Shown here piece after piece: positions 8,207-15,938 of a stretch of 39,513 bases of DNA. The stretch comes from Geobacteraceae bacterium (lineage in GTDB: Bacteria > Desulfobacterota > Desulfuromonadia > Desulfuromonadales > Desulfuromonadaceae). Where the stretch lies: contig JAIVHC010000154.1 of the NCBI GenBank assembly GCA_020201305.1, positions 1-39,513 of the forward strand. Direction: 5' to 3'. Below the pieces are notes generated by a model. That model was not told where the DNA came from, did not search any database, and saw nothing but the letters and a program-made list of their open reading frames with translations. Position numbers and translations under genes: made by a program. Within the stretch, counting starts at the first letter, position 1, and the number at the start of each line of letters is the position of its first letter.

Positions 8207-9836
8207 GCGACCCTCACAACCTGAAACATTCCTGCTTCCATGTGGTAAAGCAAATGACAATGAAAAGCCCAGTCACCTTTTTCTATGGGGGTGATCAATG
8301 CAGATAGAACCTCGCCTGGTTTAACCAGAACGGTATGTTTGTACGGCAGACTTTCCGCACCGTTTTCCAGTTGCATCCACATCCCATGCAGATGAATAGC
8401 GGATATACCTGTGGTTCGGCGCTTTCCAGATCCTGGTAGGTTAGCACACGCCAACCGTCACCCCCGAGCCCTATTCCGGGCTCGTGGAGTTTATACGAGG
8501 GATTATGGACTACCATAGCCACGCTGGAGCTGTTTTGCCGATCCGGCAGAAACGGATCCGGGCCATTAGGACCTGGAATGCGCTGATCGGGTTCGACCAC
8601 CTGTTTCTCGTGTTCCATTGACATTTTATTCCCCATGACCCAATGGTTCATACTCTCATGTCCATTGTGGCTGCCATGACCACCCTGCATCATCATCTGC
8701 ATACCTAAATCTTCCATCTTGCGCACCGGTCGTGGACGCATCTCTGGAATCGCCCCCTCCAGACCAGCTTCCGGGGCAAGAGTCCCTCTGGCATATCCAC
8801 TGCGATCAAGGGATTCAGCAAACAGGGTGAATGGTTTATCCTCTTCAGGACGTACCAGCACATCATAGGTTTCTGCTACTCCGATGCGGAACTCATGTAC
8901 GGGAACGGGACGCACCGCTTTACCGTCAACCATGACGACATCCATTTCAAGCCCAGGAATACGTACATCAAAATTGCTCATGGCCGAGGCATTAACAAAG
9001 CGCAGGCGTATGGTTTCTCCCGGATTGAACAAGGCGATCCAGTTCATATCCGGCGAGTTGCCATTCATCAGGTAGGTGTAGGTGGCGCCGGTTACGTCAG
9101 CGAGATCAACAGGGCTCATACGCATCTTGCCCCAGGCCATACGCTCATTCACGGTAGCCTTCAGACCCTTGTCTTTTATATCGGCAAATAAATCGCCCAC
9201 AGTGCGTTGCTGATAGTTGTAGTAATGCCCAAGCAGGTTGATATTACGGAAGATCTCCTCAGGTTTTTCAAAGGACCAGTCGGAGAGAACAACCACGTAA
9301 TCGCGGTCAAAATTGAACGGCTCCCCATCCTTGGGATCAATAATAAGAGGTCCGTAGGCCCCGGATTGTTCCTGCAGAAAAGAATGGCTGTGGTACCAGT
9401 AGGTCCCTGCCTGGATCACTTTATAGCGGTATTCAAATGTCTCCCCGGGAGCAATACCGGGAAAATTCACCCCCGGCACGCCATCCATAGGGAATGGCAC
9501 CAGAATACCATGCCAGTGGATTGAGCTATGTTCTGTATCCAGCATGGAATTGGTTACGCGGAGAACAACCTCTTCCCCTTCGCGCAGACGGACCAGAGGA
9601 CCCGGCACGGTACCGTTGATCCCTGTGGCCGTAGCAGAACGCCCATCAATTTCCAGCGGAGTATAGCCAATGTTCAAATCATAGCGGGTACGCGCAGAAG
9701 GGAGGCCTTCCAACCCCCAGCGCTCGCTGCGTGCCCACAACGGCAAAGGAAATGTCGCCTGCAGGCCGGTGACAAACAAACCGGCACCGCACAGTTGTAA
9801 GAAACGACGTCGCGAAAGGAGAGTGTCATCATGCAT
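8203..9836 (-). pseudogene. copA: Multicopper oxidase CopA/PcoA, disrupted by a frameshift plus an apparent internal deletion near 8400..8412
   Basis: N-terminal Tat signal (SRRRFLQLCGAG), Cu-site motifs HWHG and WYHSH, and a Met/His-rich segment are all in the 8295..9836 frame. The C-terminal Cu ligands IHLHGMW and HCHLLYHMEAGM are in the other frame (8203..8454). The frames switch at ...CCACAGGTATATCCGCTATTCATCTGCATGGG.... Confidence 0.8.
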
Positions 9837-10048
9837 AGAAAACCTCTTTAAAGGTAAACAGTATACCTAAAGTGTAGCAGTAAACAGACTATTTACAACC
9901 TTCGATGATCTGGACCAAATAAAGAAGGAAAACAGCTAATTACATCCTCAATACCCCATCTTCTGGGTTTTTGCGAATGCATTATGTTATAATTCAAAGC
10001 GCAATTATCACGCTCTACTGATATATCCTCTCGAACACAGGAGAACGT

Positions 10049-10993
10049 GTGAGTAAACCGCTGGAAAGACACGCTGAAATTATTAACGTAATCGACACCC
10101 TGACCGGAAACTATCTGCAGGGGAAGATCAAAGCCTTGCGCCTTTCTATGATTGCGCTTTTATCCGACGGGCACTTGCTCCTTGAAGACATCCCCGGGCT
10201 AGGTAAAACCACCCTGGCACTGGCCTTGTCCCACGCTCTGGGGCTGTCGTTCGGACGCATTCAGTGTACCAGTGACCTCCTCCCTTCAGATATTACCGGG
10301 CTCTCCATTTTCGATCGGGATCAGAACAACTTCCGTTTTATCGAAGGACCGATCTTCAACCACATCCTTCTTGCAGATGAGATCAACCGCGCCATGCCCA
10401 AAACCCAGAGTGCGATGCTTGAAGCCATGGAGGAGCGCAAGGTTACTGTCGAAGGAGTCAGCTATCCCCTCCCCGATCCATTCATGGTTATTGCCACCCA
10501 GAATCCTACGGAGCAGATAGGCACTTATCCTCTCCCGGAATCCCAGCTGGACCGCTTTCTCATCACCAGCGGGATCGGCTACCCGCCGCCGGAGCTGGAA
10601 AAGCAGATTATCCTCAATGGCGGTGTCCGCGACAAAATTCTCGATATCAAGCCTTTGCTGAGTCTGGATGCCATTCACAGCGCCAAGCGGGCGGTAAACG
10701 ATATCTACCTGGATGCAAAACTGGTGGAATACCTGTTTGCCATCGCTGAGCAGACTCGCGCGCATCGCTACATAAGTGCCGGAATCTCAACCCGGGGCGC
10801 AATCAGCATGGCTACAGCTGCACGTGCGGCTGCATATCTGGATGGGCGCGAGTATGTCATTCCGGAAGATGTGAAACAGATTGCGGTTCCGGTGGGCGCC
10901 CATCGTCTGATTCTGCATCCGGAGCATCAATCCCTGAACAAACGCGAGGTGATGATATCCATTCTCGACAACGTAAAGATTCCTATGGTCTGA
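10049..10993 (+). CDS. MoxR-family AAA+ ATPase
   Basis: 314-aa ORF with a GTG start preceded by AGGAGA. Walker A is PGLGKTT and Walker B is LLADEINRA. The MoxR-typical TQNP and C-terminal helical region are present. Confidence 0.9.
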   Translation: MSKPLERHAEIINVIDTLTGNYLQGKIKALRLSMIALLSDGHLLLEDIPGLGKTTLALALSHALGLSFGRIQCTSDLLPSDITGLSIFDRDQNNFRFIEGPIFNHILLADEINRAMPKTQSAMLEAMEERKVTVEGVSYPLPDPFMVIATQNPTEQIGTYPLPESQLDRFLITSGIGYPPPELEKQIILNGGVRDKILDIKPLLSLDAIHSAKRAVNDIYLDAKLVEYLFAIAEQTRAHRYISAGISTRGAISMATAARAAAYLDGREYVIPEDVKQIAVPVGAHRLILHPEHQSLNKREVMISILDNVKIPMV

Positions 10994-11010
10994 AACTTAC
11001 CCGCGCCGGG

Positions 11011-11856
11011 GTGCTTTACATCGTTATCACCCTGCTCCTCGGCTTCGGTGCAGTGAATACCGGCAATAATCTTCTCTATCTTATGGTATCGGCACTGCTG
11101 GGGTTCATGGCGGTATCTGGTTTGTTAGGACACTCGAATCTGCAGAAGCTCCGCATTACCCTCGCTCCTCCAGAGGAAATCTACGCCGGGGTCGAAACCC
11201 TGATGGGAGTGCAGGCATACAATGGCCGCCGCCTGATGCCGGCCTGCCTGCTCGATTTTGAATTCAGCACGCACACCTCTCATCTATCCATGTTGAAATC
11301 CGGCCTTGAGCACAAGGTCGGTGTACCGGTGATGTTTGCCGAGCGCGGGATACATACACATCTGCACTTGAAAGTCAGTTCCTCATTTCCGGTAAATTTC
11401 TTTGTACGTCACCGAATACTCCATCTAAATCACAGTATCTACGTTTTCCCCCACCCTGTTCCCTGTCATGGGGATGAAACACGATACCCAGAGCATGCCA
11501 CGGGGATGACAGAAACTCACTTCAGGGGAACAGAGGGTGACATCAGCCGCATAGGCAATTATCACGGCAGCGAACCACTGAAAATGATTCACTGGAAGCT
11601 CACGGCACGTCACGACACCATCAAGATCAAGGAGCTCTCTGCCCTGCAGCAGCCTCCGGTGGAGATTGATCCTCTGGATCTTCCGGGTAGCAACCTGGAA
11701 CAGCAACTGGGATGTGCTGCCTATCTGATCAACCACCTGCTGCGCCGGGGTCAGCCTGTGGGGCTCAAACTTACGCATGCCACCATCCCTCCTGATGTGG
11801 GAAGAGGGCATAAACTCTTACTTCTTACCGAACTGGCGCGCTATGCTCAGGATTAA
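11011..11856 (+). CDS. DUF58 domain protein (MoxR-associated)
   Basis: N-terminal TM segment with NTGNNLLYL and the DUF58 core IHWKLTARHDTIKIKEL. The start is uncertain: GTG 11011, or in-frame CTG 10990 giving (M)KLTRAGVLY..., which resembles typical DUF58 N-termini. Confidence 0.8.
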   Translation: MLYIVITLLLGFGAVNTGNNLLYLMVSALLGFMAVSGLLGHSNLQKLRITLAPPEEIYAGVETLMGVQAYNGRRLMPACLLDFEFSTHTSHLSMLKSGLEHKVGVPVMFAERGIHTHLHLKVSSSFPVNFFVRHRILHLNHSIYVFPHPVPCHGDETRYPEHATGMTETHFRGTEGDISRIGNYHGSEPLKMIHWKLTARHDTIKIKELSALQQPPVEIDPLDLPGSNLEQQLGCAAYLINHLLRRGQPVGLKLTHATIPPDVGRGHKLLLLTELARYAQD

Positions 11857-13771
11857 AACACTGCTTGACATACTGTGCTTTGCGGCGGTGATACTCGGGC
11901 TGGCGCCACTCTTCCCTTGGCTCGATCTTCCCGTGAAGGTGATAGTGGTGACTGCGGTTGGTGCGGGGATTGTTACGGAATGGCGCCAACGCTACTGGCT
12001 TAAAGGGTGGAGTGCTACCATCCTGACGTTGATCTTCTTCGTCCTCTATCTGACCCAAATAAATCTGAGCAATGTGGTTGCCCCCGCAGTCAACCTCCTC
12101 GCCCTCCTTTTGAGTATTCGCCTCCTGACCGAGAAGCAGGGACGCCACTATCTGCAGATTTTTGTCCTCGCGTTGTTCTGTCTCGCGGGTTCCTCTCTAC
12201 TCAGTTTGGGAATTCTCTACTTCCCTGCCCTGATCCTGATGGTATTTGTAGTCACCATCGGTCTGGTATTGCTCACCTTCTACCACCGCGATCCCGGATT
12301 GCGTCTGAAGCGTAGCGCGGCAATGACCCTCCTGAAAACCGCGGCCATTCTCCCGCTCGGCTCTCTGCTTCTGATGCTGGTGCTGTTTTTCGTCCTTCCG
12401 CGCACCCAGTATCCCATGTGGAATTTTCTCAATGCACAGCCAAGCGCGGTCACCGGCTTCAGCGAGCAGGTGCGTCCCGGTACGTTTGCGAGCAATGCCG
12501 CCACTAAAGACCTCGCGTTTCGCGCGGAATGTGCGCAACTGCCGCCGAAGCAGCTCTACTGGCGCGGTACGGTGCTTAATTCGATTAATGGTGCGAGTTG
12601 GAGTCGTACTTCTCCGACGCATAAAGCGGAGCGGGTAGTGGGGGGAACTCCGGTTTCGTGCACCATTACCCTCCCAGCAAGCAACAAAAGGTTCCTTTTC
12701 ACCCTCGATTATCCCATTGATCTTGAGGGTATCCGGACACAACAGGATGGAGATCTGGTTTTCAGTGCGCGGCGGCCACTGCGCAAAGGGGTAAGTTATA
12801 CGTGCCGGGCGCGTCCTGCGGGAAAATTGCTTGCCCCTTCAGCAGCAGAAACGCAGCAGTATCTGAAACTCCCGGATCAGATATCGCCCCGGGTGCGTCA
12901 GGTAGCGGAGCAGATTCGCGCCCAGGGTAAATCGGCGCCCGAACGTATTCAGTTACTGAAAGAGTTCTTTCGCGCCCAACAATTGACTTATGCCAACACC
13001 GATCTTCCCGGCCCCACGGCTCCAATGGATGAATTTCTCTTTGATAAAAAGCGCGGCTACTGCGAATTTTTCGCTTCCTCGTTTGGCGTACTTTTGCGCC
13101 TGTGCGAGATACCCGCGCGCCTGGTGGGAGGTTATCATGGAGGGGATTACAACAATTTCGGTGATTACTACCTGATTACCGAAGATATGGCGCATGTCTG
13201 GGTTGAAGCTCTGGTTGATGGACGCTGGGAACGCCTTGATCCGAGCACACTCGCGCAAAATGCGGCAACTGGTTTTCTCAACCGGGGTGATACGCTGTCG
13301 CTGTTGCGTCGCACCAGGGATGGATTGGAATTTCTCTGGACGCAGGCGATCATCACCTACGATTTAAAGAAGCAGCTCAGTGTAGTACGCAGTGGGAGTA
13401 AACGCGCCTCTTCTCTGCTCTCCAGCGCCTCGATCCCTGCAACCTCTACCCTGATTTATACCGCCGCCATTGTTGCGGGCCTTTTTCTCTTCGGCACTGC
13501 AGCGAGGTGGGGGATACGTCAAGCTCACTTGACCCCGCAACAACGTCTGTTGGAAAAGTACCACAAAGCCTTGCAGCGGCGCTACCAACTGGAACAAATA
13601 CCCGCGACCACGGCACTGCTCGAACATGCGCGGGAGCTCAACGACCCAAACTGCATCATCTTTGCCCGGCGCTACAGCGCTATCCTCTATGGCAAAAAAC
13701 CGCTGACTAAAGCGGAGTATGCATATCTGAGTGCCCTTATTCAACAAATACAAAAACACACCGCAGCTTGA
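11843..13771 (+). CDS. Transglutaminase-like membrane protein (TgpA-type: multi-TM N-domain plus transglutaminase core)
   Basis: Several N-terminal TM helices, then a Cys-His-Asp core (GYCEFFASSFG ... HVWVEALVDGRWERLDPS). The likely start is ATG 11843 (MLRIKTLLDIL), overlapping the DUF58 stop by 14 nt. The track start at 11777 is probably too long. Confidence 0.8.
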   Translation: MLRIKTLLDILCFAAVILGLAPLFPWLDLPVKVIVVTAVGAGIVTEWRQRYWLKGWSATILTLIFFVLYLTQINLSNVVAPAVNLLALLLSIRLLTEKQGRHYLQIFVLALFCLAGSSLLSLGILYFPALILMVFVVTIGLVLLTFYHRDPGLRLKRSAAMTLLKTAAILPLGSLLLMLVLFFVLPRTQYPMWNFLNAQPSAVTGFSEQVRPGTFASNAATKDLAFRAECAQLPPKQLYWRGTVLNSINGASWSRTSPTHKAERVVGGTPVSCTITLPASNKRFLFTLDYPIDLEGIRTQQDGDLVFSARRPLRKGVSYTCRARPAGKLLAPSAAETQQYLKLPDQISPRVRQVAEQIRAQGKSAPERIQLLKEFFRAQQLTYANTDLPGPTAPMDEFLFDKKRGYCEFFASSFGVLLRLCEIPARLVGGYHGGDYNNFGDYYLITEDMAHVWVEALVDGRWERLDPSTLAQNAATGFLNRGDTLSLLRRTRDGLEFLWTQAIITYDLKKQLSVVRSGSKRASSLLSSASIPATSTLIYTAAIVAGLFLFGTAARWGIRQAHLTPQQRLLEKYHKALQRRYQLEQIPATTALLEHARELNDPNCIIFARRYSAILYGKKPLTKAEYAYLSALIQQIQKHTAA

Positions 13772-13800
13772 AAATGTTCTAAAAAGTATAAAAACTCACG

Positions 13801-15018
13801 TTAACGCCCTGCTTTTTGGGCTTTGTGATTTTTACTTTTTATATCCCCCACATGGGTGAGAACCATGCGCGTCACTGCAGGACCCACTACTTCAAAAATC
13901 ACCGTGGCGCCGAGAACTACGGGGAGAATGATATCTTCACTTTCCGGAAAGCGCTGTGCCGCAAGCAAAGCCATACCGATGGCAACTCCGGCCTGAGGCA
14001 GGAGGGTGAGTCCGAGCCAGGTACGAACCTGGCGCTCGGCACCGCAGAGAAATCCACCCAGCCATACGCCTCCTACCCGTCCCAGAATGCGCAATAGAAT
14101 GTAACCTATAGCAAGCCAGCCGGCATCGACAAGGGCACCAACGTGCAGGGATGCTCCCGCGAGAAGAAAAAACAGGATCAGAAATGGCCATTCTATCCCT
14201 TCAATAGCAATGAAGGGGCGTTCGTGATGGGTGGCAAAATTAGATACTATGGAGCCCAGAACCATGGCGGCGAGAATGTAGGACACATCAAACCATACCG
14301 CGAGCCCGGCACAGATCAACACCACCCCCAGGGCTTCCGCCTGGGTTGGCTCACCGGAACGGATGCGTCCGGTTAAGTATGCCATGGGAATACCGAGTAC
14401 CAGCCCCAGAATGCCCGCACCGGCTATCTCCCACGCGCCGATAGCAATAGCACCGGTTACGCCCCCACCGCCTTGCAACGCCTGCACCACCGCCAGCATA
14501 ATACTGAAGATAAACAGGCCCCAGGCGTCATCGATGGCGACAATGCCAAGTAAGGTGTTGGTAAACTTGCCGCGCGCAGAATATTCGTGCACTACATCCA
14601 CTGTGGCTGCCGGAGCCGTTGCCGGAGCGATCCCCCCAAGGAGCAACGCAATATGCACAGGCACGCCGAACAGAATCAGCACCCCGGAAATCATAACCGC
14701 CGTCATTAAGACTTCACTGGCTGACATGATAAACACTTTGCGGCCCAACTCGCGCATGCGCTGTAAAGTCATATGCTGCCCCAACAGAAAGCCGATCATC
14801 GCAAGGGATATCTTGGTTAAAAGGGGAAACCACTCCTGCGCAAACGCAGGGAGCAAATCAAAACACGCTGGCCCGATCGCAAACCCCGCCAACAATAACA
14901 GGGTAACGCGCGGCAGGGGCGTATGTTTCCCGGCAATATCGGCCAGAAGCCCGATGAGAAAGAGCCCCCCAAAGGTGAGGAGGATGGTTGCGATATCGCT
15001 GTGGGGTGAAATATCCAT
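13801..15018 (-). CDS. Cation:proton antiporter (Na+/H+ exchanger, CPA-type)
   Basis: Polytopic hydrophobic protein with about 12 predicted TM segments and Gly/Ala-rich helices typical of the Na+/H+ exchanger family. ATG 15018 (MDISPHSD...) is preferred over the GTG at 15051, which lacks an RBS. Confidence 0.7.
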   Translation of the reverse strand: MDISPHSDIATILLTFGGLFLIGLLADIAGKHTPLPRVTLLLLAGFAIGPACFDLLPAFAQEWFPLLTKISLAMIGFLLGQHMTLQRMRELGRKVFIMSASEVLMTAVMISGVLILFGVPVHIALLLGGIAPATAPAATVDVVHEYSARGKFTNTLLGIVAIDDAWGLFIFSIMLAVVQALQGGGGVTGAIAIGAWEIAGAGILGLVLGIPMAYLTGRIRSGEPTQAEALGVVLICAGLAVWFDVSYILAAMVLGSIVSNFATHHERPFIAIEGIEWPFLILFFLLAGASLHVGALVDAGWLAIGYILLRILGRVGGVWLGGFLCGAERQVRTWLGLTLLPQAGVAIGMALLAAQRFPESEDIILPVVLGATVIFEVVGPAVTRMVLTHVGDIKSKNHKAQKAGR

Positions 15019-15034
15019 GTACTCAATCCTGGGT

Positions 15035-15736
15035 TTAGCGTGGGAAGGCACCGTTATTTATATCGATACAGATTCCGTTGATATACGCAGGAGACGTGGT
15101 GCCGAGCCAGCCAATCGCTTCCGCTACTTCGGCGGCCGTGGCAAAGCGCTTGTTGATCACCGACTCTTTGAAGGCCTCGCGCCGGTGCTGCGGAATCACC
15201 TCCAGCATATCTGTTTCCACCGGGCTCGGGGCTACGGCATTAACCAGCACACCGTCCGGTCCGAGGATTCGCGCAAAACTTTTCGTGGCATTGATGATAC
15301 CGGCCTTGGAAATGCCATACCAGATGTCCGGGTGCCCCACCTGCCCCGCTACCGAGGCGTTGTTGACTATGCGCCCGCCTCCGCGCGCCACCATCTGTTT
15401 ACCCACTTCGCGCATCAGAGCTACCGGCGCTTCGAGATTCAGGCGCAACAGGCTTTCCATCTTTTCCTGCGGATAAGCATCGTAGGGCAACGAATACATC
15501 ACCCCGGCGTTATTCACCAGTACATCAACAGGACCTATGGAGCCAATCAAATCCGGGATCTGCCCTACTTCGGTTAAGTCAAACACACACTCGCTTACGT
15601 TCTTTTCCCCTGACAGTTCAAACGTGGAAAAGTCCCGCGCTAGCGCGATAACCTTATAGCCGCGCGCGAGAAAATAGCGACTGGATTCCAGACCGATTCC
15701 TTTGTTTCCTCCGGTTATCAATGCTGTCTTCTGCAT
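15035..15736 (-). CDS. Short-chain dehydrogenase/reductase (FabG-like SDR)
   Basis: Start ATG 15736 (MQKTALITGGNKGIG) is preceded by AAGGAGA. The cofactor motif is TGGNKGIG, with NNAG and catalytic YGISKAG also present. The track start at 15844 adds an implausible 36-aa extension. Confidence 0.85.
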   Translation of the reverse strand: MQKTALITGGNKGIGLESSRYFLARGYKVIALARDFSTFELSGEKNVSECVFDLTEVGQIPDLIGSIGPVDVLVNNAGVMYSLPYDAYPQEKMESLLRLNLEAPVALMREVGKQMVARGGGRIVNNASVAGQVGHPDIWYGISKAGIINATKSFARILGPDGVLVNAVAPSPVETDMLEVIPQHRREAFKESVINKRFATAAEVAEAIGWLGTTSPAYINGICIDINNGAFPR

Positions 15737-15938
15737 GCCAATCTCCTTTAATTGATGGCGTCGCAAAAACTCACCAACTGCTGCGCCATTATGCGAATGG
15801 TGGTAATTATCTCGCTGCTTCGACGTACGTATGAGACGTTGCATGCAACGTCTCTACAGGGACAATCACGCGCCTTGCCTTTGGCGCTTTTTGCTTAGCC
15901 ATCTAATTCTGTGCTTTCTGCGAAAGCATCTTAATTAG

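Noticed and set aside
8395-8465. Programmed ribosomal frameshift in copA (and likewise in rqcH at about 17155)
   Set aside because: There is no slippery heptamer or downstream stimulatory structure at either junction. In copA the shift coincides with a missing protein segment. Mutation or sequencing error explains both better.
14363-15577. 404-aa plus-strand ORF, the longest unexplained ORF in the track
   Set aside because: It runs antisense across two well-supported minus-strand genes (the antiporter and the SDR). Its translation is Ala/Pro/Arg/Ser-rich with no recognisable motifs. It has no RBS and crosses the intergenic junction of the real genes. This is a typical shadow ORF.
15833-15854. 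The 22-nt palindrome contains outward-facing BsmBI sites (GAGACG...CGTCTC) around an SphI site, resembling a Golden Gate cloning scar
   Set aside because: Any palindrome built on this half-site creates both sites automatically. The flanks are ordinary genomic sequence with no vector-like features. A natural operator or hairpin is the simpler reading.
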